Positions 49,830 through 59,474 of a stretch of DNA of 64,000 nucleotides are shown here, one piece after another; within the stretch, counting starts at the first letter, position 1; every line of letters begins with the position of its first letter. Both the position numbers and the translations under genes were made by a program. The notes below the pieces were generated by a model that worked only from the letters and a program-made list of their open reading frames with translations, made no database searches and was not told the origin of the DNA. The stretch is from positions 6,725 to 70,724 of the forward strand of contig JACRMP010000005.1 in NCBI GenBank assembly GCA_016214885.1, written 5' to 3'. The DNA is from Candidatus Gottesmanbacteria bacterium (GTDB lineage: Bacteria; Patescibacteriota; Microgenomatia; UBA10105; UBA927).

Positions 49830-50459
49830 CTACTCTAAGACTTCTTCCTCATCTACCGAATAATCCGGTGCGGACTCACCGGAGCTGCCAGGGCTACTGC
49901 TGCCCGGTGCTGCTGCGGTAGGTTTAAAAATAAAAGATGAAACGACGCCATCATATACTGATTGCCAATATGCTTCGTCAGTTAATGTTGCTTCGATATA
50001 CCAGAGGACACCGTCATAGACTGCTCCGGTCGTCACGGTTTTTACCGGCGATGAAACCAATATCTTTTGTGCAGGGTTACCACCCAAAGTCGTGTCAAAA
50101 GAAATAGCCGATGACGGCGTCGACATTTTTTTGCCCCAAGAAACCGTATCGGCAACCCCCTTAGGTAAATCCTTCACCCAAATAATGAGACTCCCTGGGT
50201 GATTGGGATCCGTAAGTTCAACATGTGCATAGTTCTCTTTATCTTCATCATGCTTATTAAGCTGGACTCCCTCCGGATACTGCATGGTAAAACCTGCCGG
50301 GTCATCCCACAAAACCAACTTAGGGGCGGGCGTCGGACTCACTTCCGTTACCACCGGCGCTTCGGGAGTGGTTTTTGGAGAAAAATACAGATACACACCT
50401 GCTCCGATAACTCCCAAAAGGAGTCCTGCGATGAGTATTATGACGACCGGGCGCTTCAT
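49830..50459 (-). CDS. membrane-anchored hypothetical protein
   Basis: Signal-anchor MKRPVVIILIAGLLLGVIGAGVYLYF. No catalytic motif. Confidence 0.4.
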   Translation of the reverse strand: MKRPVVIILIAGLLLGVIGAGVYLYFSPKTTPEAPVVTEVSPTPAPKLVLWDDPAGFTMQYPEGVQLNKHDEDKENYAHVELTDPNHPGSLIIWVKDLPKGVADTVSWGKKMSTPSSAISFDTTLGGNPAQKILVSSPVKTVTTGAVYDGVLWYIEATLTDEAYWQSVYDGVVSSFIFKPTAAAPGSSSPGSSGESAPDYSVDEEEVLE

Positions 50460-50507
50460 ATCACTGAAAGTGTACCACGGCGATTTATTTCTTGCTATAA
50501 TCGTTTC

Positions 50508-50930
50508 ATGAGAATTATTGTTCTTTTCTTCCTGTCGCTGGCCTTAGCGTTTGCCACCCATCCGGTATACGCGGCAAAACCAAGGGTAAAGTCCGTCACC
50601 GGCACAAAAAACACCGCTACTATAGCAACCGGCTATTCAACGGCAAAGCTTTCCCGCAACACTAACAGCGTGGTTGTTACTTTTCTTAATCTGAAAAATG
50701 TTTCTAAAATAACCTATACCCTCTCGTATACCGCAAACGGCATCGAACAGGGTGTGGTGGGGTCGCTCACCCCATCGGGGACGGCCACCGATGTACGTGA
50801 TTTATATTTCGGCACCTGCAGTCACGGCGTGTGTACCGCCCACCGCGGTATACAAAAAGCAATGCTCGTTATTGAAACAAAACTCACTTCAGGCAAAACC
50901 CACGTTAAACGGTATAGAATTAAAATCTAA
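50508..50930 (+). CDS. small secreted hypothetical protein (signal peptide)
   Basis: Internal start MRIIVLFFLSLALAFATHPVYA with a TATAAT ~10 nt upstream. The ORF-track 5' extension is rejected. Confidence 0.45.
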   Translation: MRIIVLFFLSLALAFATHPVYAAKPRVKSVTGTKNTATIATGYSTAKLSRNTNSVVVTFLNLKNVSKITYTLSYTANGIEQGVVGSLTPSGTATDVRDLYFGTCSHGVCTAHRGIQKAMLVIETKLTSGKTHVKRYRIKI

Positions 50931-50953
50931 TCCGTTTTACCGCATGCTATACT

Positions 50954-52537
50954 TTGCCATGCATGCGTATACTCACTTCCCGACTGCTGATTATTGGTGC
51001 TATTGTGTGCGGCGCTGTCCTCAGATTCACCAGCCTCAACTGGGATGACGGAGGCAGGCTACACCCCGACGAAGCGCTTATCGTAAACGGAGCGCTCGTC
51101 ATCAAATTTTTTTCCTGGCTTTTCCCCGGCTTCCATGATTACAACGGGTTTTCCGTATACCTGCTGGCAATTATATCCCGGCTAATAACCCTGCTATCAG
51201 GATCCGCCTACTGGTCACAAACTCCTGAAGGTCTAACCCTCACCGGCAGATTTCTGTCCGCCCTAATAGCAACACTCTCCATTCCTCTGGTGTTTACTGT
51301 AGGCAAACAGCTATGGAATACGACAGTGGGGGTGTATGCCACAATACTCTTGACCTTTACCCCGCTTGCCATACAGCTGGCGCATTTTTATACAACCGAA
51401 AACATCATTATTTTTCTTTTTTTATTACTCATTTCATCCTGTGTATCGTATTCGAAATACCCGGGTGTCCCCCGAATTGTTTTTATGGCAGCGGTATCGG
51501 GATTACTTCTGGCTACCAAAAATACTGCGTATCTACTTATCCCCATCCCCCTGCTTATTATTCTTGCTGGGCACCGGCCGGCACTATCTGCATGGCGGCC
51601 GTTGTTGCTTTTTGCCCTATTCACGGTTGCGGCATTTTTTACCGGGTCCCCTTACTCTTTTCTTGATGCTTCGGGGTATATCACCCGCTCCCGGTATCTT
51701 ACCGATGTCGTAAACGGCACCCTCCTCATGGACTGGACAATGCAGTTTCAGGGAACAAATGGATTATTCTGGATTCCCTCCCTCCTATACGCGATGGGGG
51801 TCATATTTGTCACCGGAGCTATAGGGGTCATTTCCGCCATATACAATCATCGGATGAACAAATCCGTTCCGGTATTTCTTGCATTATGGAGCCTGGGATT
51901 TATGCTGTTTCTTGCGTTTACGTACCTCAAATTCACCCGGTACTCCGCTCCACTGATCCCGCTATTTGCCTTATTTTCAGCCAAGTTACTCACCGATCTA
52001 ACCCGGCATACAATGGGAAAAACCATTGCGGCAATAGTAATCGGCATCCAGGTCATTTATGGCATCATGTTTTTTCCGGTATATTCCACTCCGCACACCT
52101 CACTTACCGCAACCCGATGGATAAGCGACAACGTGCCGCCGTCTTCTGTAATTCTTACCGAGGAGTGGAACAGTATTATCCGTTTTTCCCGTCCGGAACT
52201 ATCGAACAAAAACTACAAAATTATTTCATTTAATTTTTATACACCAGATACCGACACCAAACAAAAAAACCTTAACACAATACTTCAACAATCAGACTAC
52301 ATACTCCTCGAAAGTCCAAAAGTACAAAACACGGTGACACGACTTATAGAAACTTATCCCAATACGGCAGTATTTTATAAAAAGTTGGAAAATGGGGAAC
52401 TGCCATTTACAAAAGTCATCCGATTTACCTCGTTCCCCCGGATGGGACCCCTCTTCGTTAGCGATGAAAACGCGGAGGAGACCTTCACGGTTTTTGATCA
52501 CCCGACTATCACAGTGTACAAAAAAAACGGCAAATAA
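50954..52537 (+). CDS. GT39/GT83-like (ArnT/PMT-type) membrane glycosyltransferase
   Basis: More than 10 TM helices and an HPDE motif in the first extracytoplasmic loop. Confidence 0.55.
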   Translation: MPCMRILTSRLLIIGAIVCGAVLRFTSLNWDDGGRLHPDEALIVNGALVIKFFSWLFPGFHDYNGFSVYLLAIISRLITLLSGSAYWSQTPEGLTLTGRFLSALIATLSIPLVFTVGKQLWNTTVGVYATILLTFTPLAIQLAHFYTTENIIIFLFLLLISSCVSYSKYPGVPRIVFMAAVSGLLLATKNTAYLLIPIPLLIILAGHRPALSAWRPLLLFALFTVAAFFTGSPYSFLDASGYITRSRYLTDVVNGTLLMDWTMQFQGTNGLFWIPSLLYAMGVIFVTGAIGVISAIYNHRMNKSVPVFLALWSLGFMLFLAFTYLKFTRYSAPLIPLFALFSAKLLTDLTRHTMGKTIAAIVIGIQVIYGIMFFPVYSTPHTSLTATRWISDNVPPSSVILTEEWNSIIRFSRPELSNKNYKIISFNFYTPDTDTKQKNLNTILQQSDYILLESPKVQNTVTRLIETYPNTAVFYKKLENGELPFTKVIRFTSFPRMGPLFVSDENAEETFTVFDHPTITVYKKNGK

Positions 52538-52567
52538 GCGCGAGTTCTCCATGCTATACTCGATCTC

Positions 52568-53467
52568 ATGATGACAGAGCTACTCTATAACAGCGCAGAG
52601 TCTGTGTTTCGTTTTATTCGGGAAATTGCCCTCCTCCTTGTCCCGGTTAAATATTATCGCCGCGATTCGTTGGATGAAAAACCGATCGCCTTTACCGCCA
52701 TCATAAAAGCCGTGCGAACCAAAACCCATTTTCTTTCCAAAACTCATTGGGTGCTCCGCTGTACTTATGGCAAGGAAACACGGGAAACCTATATATTCCT
52801 CAAAAAGGATTTTGACCCGAAAAAACCGAGCATCGTGTTCCATCATCCATCGGGAGAGACAAGCCATTCGTTTGCCGCTAACGTTATTCTGGGCGGCAAG
52901 CTCAGTGCATACTGTAATATTTTCCTCATTAAGGCACAGAAACACGATTCGACAAAGGAATTTCTGGAAGAATGTGTCGATTCATTTCTCCATCACCAAC
53001 TGACATTTGCGGGTTCAGCACTTGCCGTCGAAGCAATCCGCCGGTATCATCATGCTCGTACAAAAACAAAAATTGTTGTGACGGGAGCATCTATGGGGGG
53101 CATCGTGAGCTCCCTCCATGCATATTTTTTCGGCACTGCCGATTATTATTTTCCGCTTGCGGCATATCCTAATGTCGGAGAAATATTCATGGGATCTTCG
53201 TACCGATTTGGTATCGATTCATGGCGCGTACGGAGACACAACAAAACATATCTATCGAGCTTTGATTTCAAAAAGCCGTTTCCGAAAGGAGTCACGTCAC
53301 GCATCACTCCCGTACTTGGGCGCTGCGATAGAATCGTACCGTTTGACGCCGCCATCTCGTTTTGGAAAAGAAATACCGTCATCTGCCGGATCTACCCGTT
53401 CGGTCATTTCACTCCTGCTATCGTGCGTCACGAGATACGCCAAATGATAAGTGAACAACTGTTATGA
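52568..53467 (+). CDS. alpha/beta-hydrolase fold protein
   Basis: GASMGG (GxSxG) nucleophile elbow. Confidence 0.5.
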   Translation: MMTELLYNSAESVFRFIREIALLLVPVKYYRRDSLDEKPIAFTAIIKAVRTKTHFLSKTHWVLRCTYGKETRETYIFLKKDFDPKKPSIVFHHPSGETSHSFAANVILGGKLSAYCNIFLIKAQKHDSTKEFLEECVDSFLHHQLTFAGSALAVEAIRRYHHARTKTKIVVTGASMGGIVSSLHAYFFGTADYYFPLAAYPNVGEIFMGSSYRFGIDSWRVRRHNKTYLSSFDFKKPFPKGVTSRITPVLGRCDRIVPFDAAISFWKRNTVICRIYPFGHFTPAIVRHEIRQMISEQLL

Positions 53468-54000
53468 TTCACCATCTCACGGCGCTCATAACCGAAGCGA
53501 ATGGGACGCCGGATATAAAAACAAAGTTTATAAATCGCCTTCAGGAAGGCTCTCTCGCCAGAAGTGAAAATCCCACTTCGCACTTATGTGTGTATTTTGC
53601 AGCATTTGATCCCGCTGACGGCAGTGTATTTATCGGCCATCATAAAAAATCCGGCCTTTGGTTATTTAACGGCGGACACATGGACCCCGGCGAGACTCCT
53701 CTCAATACAGTTATCCGGGAAGCAAGCGAGGAATGGGGGCTCGTTGTCCACCCCGGCGCGATAGCACAACAAAAGCTGATTACTCTCACCCGCATCGAAC
53801 ACCCCGAACAAATCATCTGTGAGTGGCACTATGATGTGTGGCACTTTCTACCGTTTGACCGAAAATTGTTTCATCCGAAAGACAGAAACCTCCGTACTGA
53901 ATTTTATTCCTACGGATGGAAATCGTTTGATGAAGCAGCTAATCTGCTCACCTCTCAGCCGACAGTTGAAGCGCTTACTTATTTAAGAAACTTAAGATAA
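53464..54000 (+). CDS. NUDIX hydrolase
   Basis: Nudix box GGHMDPGETPLNTVIREASEEWG. Confidence 0.8.
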   Translation: MIHHLTALITEANGTPDIKTKFINRLQEGSLARSENPTSHLCVYFAAFDPADGSVFIGHHKKSGLWLFNGGHMDPGETPLNTVIREASEEWGLVVHPGAIAQQKLITLTRIEHPEQIICEWHYDVWHFLPFDRKLFHPKDRNLRTEFYSYGWKSFDEAANLLTSQPTVEALTYLRNLR

Positions 54001-55142
54001 AGCACCATTGCCGACATATTGTGCTGCATGAAATCCAACCGTGTTGTTTCGCAGGTAATCTGTGAACACACTGCTCCGTTCACCGATTCTGCGGTGGTTT
54101 TATATTTCCCATACGGGCTGTTTATTTCATACTGGAGCAGATGGGCCAGCAAAAGTTCAACATGCCTGCGCAGCTTCCGGTACAGTACGGGATCTTTTTC
54201 TTTGGCGACCCATCCGATATGACTTACCCCTTCCAAAAATACCGATGCCCCGGGTATAACGGGATTATTTTTTTTCTCACGCAGATACCGTTCGTACCCC
54301 TGCCCCCTCGCGTTCATATATTTATCCGCGCTTCCCGAAAGAAATTCCCAATATCTGCTATCAGGTTCGACTCTATAAAGATAACTGAAGCCCGCCATGC
54401 CCCAGCTAAAAAATGATCCGTTAAAATCCTGCTGGCCGTACTGGTGCAGAGCATAATTTGCCATCCGCTTTACCGAAAGCAGATACTCCTGCTTTTGGGT
54501 AAGTGCGTAGCTCCTGATTAAGGCATACATTGTTTCCCCGTTATTGTAATCCGACTCCTGCGGCTTGGGGTTATAACTGTTCACGTAGGCCCCGGAGCTT
54601 ACCTGTGTTGCGACCAGATAGTTGGACAGCCGCACTAAATATTCCAGGTTTTCCGTAGTGTTATGCGTCTCATCCGATTCCATGTATTCCACAAGCCCCA
54701 ACACTACCAGGGCTGTCGTGTTGGTATACGTTGATTCTTCGTGGGTAATTGCCGCCGATTCCGCACTCACTGTTGCGGTAAGAAGCCGGAAATACTCCAG
54801 CCCTTTTTCCAGCGTCTGCTTAACATCGGGATCTTTCGTAAATGCATATACCTGCCCAAGTCCGTATAACGCCCCCGCCTGCCGGACTATATTGTTGCCT
54901 TCCTTAATCTCTCCCGTACCGGCAAAACGCTCATATACAAAATCACCGGCCGGTGTTTGATTTGCAGCAAACCAGGCACTTTCCCGCTTAATACTTCCGC
55001 GGAGCTTAGAATCAAGCGTTTCTTTTGGCCATACAGAGATAAGCCTGAGCACCGCGGCAGCTGCGAGGGTAATAAGAATAAGAAGAACAAATACCCAAAT
55101 AATCCGGATCCGGTCGGGAGTCGTCTGCTGTTTCTTTTTCAT
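53979..55142 (-). CDS. membrane-anchored hypothetical protein (possible alpha/alpha-toroid / prenyltransferase-like repeats)
   Basis: N-terminal TM anchor and repeated aromatic/Gly-rich segments. No firm family assignment. Confidence 0.3.
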   Translation of the reverse strand: MKKKQQTTPDRIRIIWVFVLLILITLAAAAVLRLISVWPKETLDSKLRGSIKRESAWFAANQTPAGDFVYERFAGTGEIKEGNNIVRQAGALYGLGQVYAFTKDPDVKQTLEKGLEYFRLLTATVSAESAAITHEESTYTNTTALVVLGLVEYMESDETHNTTENLEYLVRLSNYLVATQVSSGAYVNSYNPKPQESDYNNGETMYALIRSYALTQKQEYLLSVKRMANYALHQYGQQDFNGSFFSWGMAGFSYLYRVEPDSRYWEFLSGSADKYMNARGQGYERYLREKKNNPVIPGASVFLEGVSHIGWVAKEKDPVLYRKLRRHVELLLAHLLQYEINSPYGKYKTTAESVNGAVCSQITCETTRLDFMQHNMSAMVLYLKFLK

Positions 55143-55194
55143 GAGTTCAATTTTATTATAACGGCTCTTTCCTCCCTTGAGCTAGCTGGCGGAA

Positions 55195-55653
55195 ATGTGT
55201 CATGATACATATATGTTCATCCCTCCACCGCTCCTTCTCCTTATTGCCGTTGCCTTATCATATTTGGTGAGCCTCATGTTCCCGGCGCTTGGATACAACG
55301 ATGCGTCATTTACCATCGTCGGATTTACCCTGATACCTGTGGGGATCCTGCTTGTCCTCTGGGCGGGCAATACCCTGCGGCAACACAAAACTACGACCCA
55401 TCCAAGAAAAAAACCATCCAAACTCGTTGACGCGGGTCCCTACAGCTGGAGCAGGAACCCTATCTATCTCGGATTCCTGCTCGTGTCCCTGGGTACAGCG
55501 CTGCTGTTTGCCAACGTGCTGGCCTTTGTCGGGCCGATTATTTTCTTCGGATTTATCAGCACATTCATCATCCCCTTTGAGGAAGACATGCTGAGAAAAG
55601 GATTCGGCAAGTCCTACGCTTCCTACAAAAGTAGGATACGCCGCTGGGTGTAA
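55195..55653 (+). CDS. isoprenylcysteine carboxyl methyltransferase (ICMT/PEMT) family membrane methyltransferase
   Basis: C-terminal signature LVDAGPYSWSRNPIYLG...IIPFEEDMLRKGFG. Confidence 0.75.
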   Translation: MCHDTYMFIPPPLLLLIAVALSYLVSLMFPALGYNDASFTIVGFTLIPVGILLVLWAGNTLRQHKTTTHPRKKPSKLVDAGPYSWSRNPIYLGFLLVSLGTALLFANVLAFVGPIIFFGFISTFIIPFEEDMLRKGFGKSYASYKSRIRRWV

Positions 55654-55655
55654 CA

Positions 55656-55892
55656 TCATCTTCTCCGCCGCACCCCATCCACCACCTGCGCCAGATCCGC
55701 ATACCGATCATCTTCACCTCTGCTTCTTGCCCACAAGCCTTCACTGAGCGAACGAAGAGCGGTTTTGGTTTTTCCACGGAGCACGGGCTCCAGTATCGCG
55801 TTTGTTTTTTCCGCGTCGTGGCCATTGGCGGCACCGATGCCGCCATACTGGTCAGCAAGCCGCTCTATTTCTTTTTCTAATGCCATAATCAC
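55656..55892 (-). CDS. small hypothetical protein (78 aa) with strong RBS AAGGAGGTGA
   Basis: ORF with a consensus Shine-Dalgarno 8 nt upstream. Confidence 0.4.
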   Translation of the reverse strand: MIMALEKEIERLADQYGGIGAANGHDAEKTNAILEPVLRGKTKTALRSLSEGLWARSRGEDDRYADLAQVVDGVRRRR

Positions 55893-55918
55893 TCACCTCC
55901 TTTCTATCTGTATCCCAT

Positions 55919-55941
55919 AAAAAAACCCCGCTTGAACGGGG
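55919..55941 (-). terminator. intrinsic terminator on the reverse strand (CCCCG-TTCAAG-CGGGG + T7)
   Basis: Read directly in the sequence. It lies upstream of the 78-aa gene's RBS and may end a short transcript coming from the tRNA-Asn side. Confidence 0.5.
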
Positions 55942-56129
55942 CTGTGCTTAGTCGCTTTGTGTATTTTATTCCGCTACGACATGCCATCCCCCGCATAAAC
56001 GGAGGTACAACAACATGCGCTGAAGAATGTGTTTCTCATAAAAACTGAATACACATGAGTATAAAGTTTGGAAATCTACTGCACAAGTGGAGGAAATCAG
56101 GCAGGAAGTCGTGCTATAATAGCCAAGTC

Positions 56130-57803
56130 TTAACATTCCCCTGTGGCGCAACGGTAGCGCAGCTTCCTGTTAAGAAGACGGTTGTAGGTTCGAATCCTAC
56201 CGGGGGAGCAAACTTCGTTCACTGCGAGTTCTATAAACTGCAGCGGTTTTTCTAAATTCACCCGTACAGTTTTGTTGTAAAGCTCTAGGTTCGAACCAAG
56301 CCCCGCTAAAATCTCCCTCTTTGTTTGTGTGTCTCCATTGGCAAACCAATAACGCGCGTGACAAGCGAAGTCGAAAGTTTTCTCAGCGGTCTCTCTCCAT
56401 GTCTCGGTCTGATATCTGTTCCCTCCAAGTTTTTCAGTTATTATATTTTTTTCTTTGGTCAGTCGTTCTTTTTCTGCTCGATATTCTTCGTCACTGATAA
56501 GAATGCCGTCCGCGTTTTGCGGAGATATTCTAAGATTCAAAAGGTTATTTAGACGAGTTTCTATATCTGTATTCGCTGATTGAAGAGATTTCAGTGTAGC
56601 CAAATTTTCCTCCGACTCTCTATCATTCAGTTCGTTCAGATATTTTATTGCCCAATTTTTGAAGCGCTCCGAGACTTGGAGCTTTGCGAGGGTTTTATCA
56701 AATTCTTTGTCTAACTCTTCAACTCGGATGCTCTTTTGGATGCAGTTTTGATTTTTGTGTTTGGTGCAGTGGTAATAAACATAATGCAGAAGTGTTGGAT
56801 TTTTCATTTCTTCGATTGAGGTTTTACATTTCGGACAAGCGTCCTTGTTTTGAGAAGCGAACTTGTTTTTGCATTTAGAGCATATTATTTGAAACTTTTC
56901 TTCTGCAGTAATAGTCGCATGGCATTCACCACATTCTAGAAGTCCTGTATACGCAAATGACCGAGTGTGTGGTCGAGGTCTTCCTTTTCTTCCAAGCAAT
57001 CTTTGCACCTTGTCGAATTCTTCTTTGGTAATCATTGGCTGATGTTTGCCTTTGCGCCAAATTCCGCTTCCAGTCGGATACTCAAAGTCTCCGTAATAAA
57101 AGGGGTCTATTAGCGTTTTGTATATTTGACTTCTCGTCATTGGTTTTCCACCTATCCGTTTATGCTTGGGAGTCCTATAGCCCCATTCGTCGTTTAGAAG
57201 TCGTAATATTTGCATGACCGTATACGTTCCCGTGAGCATGCAATCCCACGCTTTGCGTATTAGCGGAAATCTATCTGGGTCAACTAAGATGGTTTTGTTT
57301 CCCTTTTCTGCATACTTGTCGTTCATATAACCAGCTTTAGCACCGCTGGGGAGCCAGCCATTCTCTGCTTTTGTATTGAGACCTCGCTTGACGTTTTTTG
57401 AGAGGTCATCTACAAATTTTTGTGCCACACCAAACTCTAGATACATGAGAATGCTATTCTCGTTTGATTGATTGAAGGTTTGCGAAGGAGTTACTATGTC
57501 TATGCCATTTTGTTTTATTGCCCAAATAATACTCCCACCATCGATAGGATTTCTGGCGAGACGGTCAAGCTTCCAACTGATAATTCCTTGAGCCTCTCCA
57601 GCTAAAACTCGTCGAATCATTTCATTGAAGACAGGCCTACCGGGTTCCTTGGCTGACTGAGATTCTTGAAAGGGTTTTTCAGCAACATCAAGATTCAGCC
57701 TTTTTGCCAAGCTTTTGAGTTCTTCAATTTGAGAGCCGATAGACAATACCTGTCTGTCTTCGCTTTCACTAGATTTTCTGGCGTAAATGAAGTATTTACT
57801 CAT
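56130..57803 (-). CDS. large serine recombinase (resolvase/invertase N-terminal catalytic domain + recombinase domain + Zn-ribbon + coiled-coil). The annotated C-terminus reads antisense through tRNA-Asn.
   Basis: N-terminus YARKSSESEDRQVLSIGSQ (catalytic Ser) ...DRLARN. Cys-rich CGECHATITAEEKFQIICSKCKNK...CPKC Zn-ribbon. The C-terminal peptide SPGRIRTYN is the antisense reading of the tRNA T-arm. Confidence 0.85.
   Translation of the reverse strand: MSKYFIYARKSSESEDRQVLSIGSQIEELKSLAKRLNLDVAEKPFQESQSAKEPGRPVFNEMIRRVLAGEAQGIISWKLDRLARNPIDGGSIIWAIKQNGIDIVTPSQTFNQSNENSILMYLEFGVAQKFVDDLSKNVKRGLNTKAENGWLPSGAKAGYMNDKYAEKGNKTILVDPDRFPLIRKAWDCMLTGTYTVMQILRLLNDEWGYRTPKHKRIGGKPMTRSQIYKTLIDPFYYGDFEYPTGSGIWRKGKHQPMITKEEFDKVQRLLGRKGRPRPHTRSFAYTGLLECGECHATITAEEKFQIICSKCKNKFASQNKDACPKCKTSIEEMKNPTLLHYVYYHCTKHKNQNCIQKSIRVEELDKEFDKTLAKLQVSERFKNWAIKYLNELNDRESEENLATLKSLQSANTDIETRLNNLLNLRISPQNADGILISDEEYRAEKERLTKEKNIITEKLGGNRYQTETWRETAEKTFDFACHARYWFANGDTQTKREILAGLGSNLELYNKTVRVNLEKPLQFIELAVNEVCSPGRIRTYNRLLNRKLRYRCATGEC
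56136..56207 (+). tRNA. tRNA-Asn(GUU)
   Basis: Manual cloverleaf: acceptor TCCCCTG/CGGGGGA, D-arm GCGC-AACGGTA-GCGC, anticodon loop CUGUUAA, T-arm GTAGG-TTCGAAT-CCTAC. TATAAT at ~56114. Confidence 0.8.
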
Positions 57804-57827
57804 ATTTTGCAGTCAATAACTATCATA

Positions 57828-57989
57828 TCACGGTTTAGGTTGTGATAGTGGTCTATAGATATTTTTTATTAGATTCAGAAGGCGCATTGCTCTAGGCTGT
57901 GCCTCTTTTTCTGTCAGCTCTATATCAAACTCGTCTTTATAGAGTTGAATGAATTCCTGAATCGCCGTTTTAGATAAGTTAGTCTTCAT
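57828..57989 (-). CDS. small hypothetical protein (53 aa) overlapping the RHH gene (ATGATGA overlap), possible RDF/partner of the RHH protein
   Basis: Manually translated as MKTNLSKTAIQEFIQLYKDEFDIELTEKEAQPRAMRLLNLIKNIYRPLSQPKP. Below the ORF-track size cutoff. Confidence 0.3.
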   Translation of the reverse strand: MKTNLSKTAIQEFIQLYKDEFDIELTEKEAQPRAMRLLNLIKNIYRPLSQPKP

Positions 57990-58146
57990 CATGTTCCTCA
58001 ACCGCCAGAGCTTCAGCTATGTACCCCTCTAGAAACTCTCTAATGCTCGTACCAGCCTGTACAGCTTTCAACTTGAGCAACTTATGCAGGTCTGCTCTCA
58101 CAAGCACCTGTTTCCATGCTTTTTTATCGATTTGTCGATTTTTCAT
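57979..58146 (-). CDS. ribbon-helix-helix (CopG/Arc/MetJ-like) DNA-binding protein (55 aa)
   Basis: Manually translated as MKNRQIDKKAWKQVLVRADLHKLLKLKAVQAGTSIREFLEGYIAEALAVEEHDED. RHH pattern (beta-strand KQVLVR, then two helices). Confidence 0.45.
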   Translation of the reverse strand: MKNRQIDKKAWKQVLVRADLHKLLKLKAVQAGTSIREFLEGYIAEALAVEEHDED

Positions 58147-58662
58147 ACTTTTCTCCCCCTCCTCTCTAAGAACACCCTCCGTTCCCTCGCTTCTTCCGGT
58201 CTATCTTTCCTACTGAAAAATTTTTCAAATTTTCAGTGAGGTAAGCTTATTTGTTAGATGAGCCATCAGTCGCTTCGGTTTACGGACAGCCTTGTGTAAA
58301 CGCTTATTACTCGGCAACCCTTTCGGGATAACGTGAGTAGGCTGCAACTCTCCATTTCCTGCTTGTTAGCAGGTGTATGGGATTTCCCCATGCATCAGCC
58401 AACAAAAAAGCCTTATTAGCTCATTGGTAGGGAGAGGGGTTCCTACCAAAAAACCAATAAGGCTTACCCCTCTCTTTTTGCCAACAAAAAAACGGCTAGC
58501 TATCTGAGACTGAGCCACAAAAGCTCAAGTCGTCTAGACGCATTGCCGTCTCTGTTTAGGAGGTTTGGTTGCCTTGTCTAAATTCTGATATTTACTCTAT
58601 ACCTCGTAACCAACCGTCGTCAATAAGGGAAATTACTCAAGAGTATAGAGCATAATAGCGAC

Positions 58663-59061
58663 CTATTTAGTTTTGATGTCATGATAACTTACCACCTGAA
58701 TAGGCAATCCATCGGTGCTAATGTCTGTAGACAGCTTGTCTGTCCAGCCCATATTTTTCAGCGCAAAAATCACACCAGTTGGCTGTGTTCCGTAAATCAA
58801 CCGTTCTTCATACGACACTTCGATTCTTGCCCTAGCCCTTTTTATTATGTCCAAAAACTCATCTTTCTCACTGTAGTTGTATAGTGTTTGCCTGCTCACT
58901 TCTAAGAAGTACGCCAGTCCAGACAGGGTTGGTTTATCTGTAGTTTCAAAATAGGCATCTACCAATTTTTGTACAGCTTGAATATTTTTCCACACAGGAG
59001 GGCGTCCGGTTGTCATGAGGATAGTATAGAAACCATTTCTACCTGAAGGGAAGAGGCTCAA
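58663..59061 (-). CDS. phage terminase small subunit (Terminase_2/TerS family), HTH-containing
   Basis: TTGRPPVWKNIQAVQKLVDAYFE...PTLSGLAYFLEVSRQTLYNYSEKDEF...IFALKNMGWTDK matches the conserved TerS pattern. The functional start is probably MTTGRPP (~59016). Confidence 0.7.
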   Translation of the reverse strand: MSLFPSGRNGFYTILMTTGRPPVWKNIQAVQKLVDAYFETTDKPTLSGLAYFLEVSRQTLYNYSEKDEFLDIIKRARARIEVSYEERLIYGTQPTGVIFALKNMGWTDKLSTDISTDGLPIQVVSYHDIKTK

Positions 59062-59474
59062 AAATTCAATAATCTTGCAGGAATAATCATCTTTTCAACT
59101 TCGCGTACAACCTTATCTACAAACACATCTAGAGCTTTGAAATCCTTCAAAACAGCCTTGTTTACCCCTCGACGCTTCGCATCTTCGTTGTAGTTTGGCA
59201 CAGAGGAAATCGAGATGACCTTGTCAGCTCCGAACCGCTCAATGTCAAAAACATGGAATGACTCATTGAGCTTACAGTCTCTGTCCAGCAGAACAATGTC
59301 AAACTCAGCCTGCGGGTTCGCGTTCACATAGTCTTGTACCTGTTGGTGGTTCGTAAGAACGATGGTAGAGAAATCGTAGGGCTGGTCTTGTTCTAAGACG
59401 TAGAGTTTTTCAAGTAACAATGAGAGCACGTGCAGATTGTCTTCGAGAATAAGAATCGTTTTGCTGAGCACCAT
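59058..59474 (-). CDS. standalone CheY-like receiver (REC) domain protein
   Basis: ILILEDN...DIVLLDRDC... pattern with an acidic pocket and the phospho-acceptor Asp context. No output domain. Confidence 0.5.
   Translation of the reverse strand: MVLSKTILILEDNLHVLSLLLEKLYVLEQDQPYDFSTIVLTNHQQVQDYVNANPQAEFDIVLLDRDCKLNESFHVFDIERFGADKVISISSVPNYNEDAKRRGVNKAVLKDFKALDVFVDKVVREVEKMIIPARLLNF

Noticed and set aside
55966-56151. 61-aa reverse-strand ORF overlapping the tRNA-Asn promoter region
   Set aside because: Cys/Leu-rich, no RBS, and it overlaps the tRNA gene. More likely non-coding (see the possible sRNA finding).
56130-56210. Treating the last ~27 codons of the serine recombinase ORF as genuine protein sequence
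   Set aside because: This stretch is simply the antisense reading of tRNA-Asn (SPGRIRTYN from the T-arm). The ORF probably continues by chance until the first stop. The real C-terminus or att overlap cannot be fixed without homologues.
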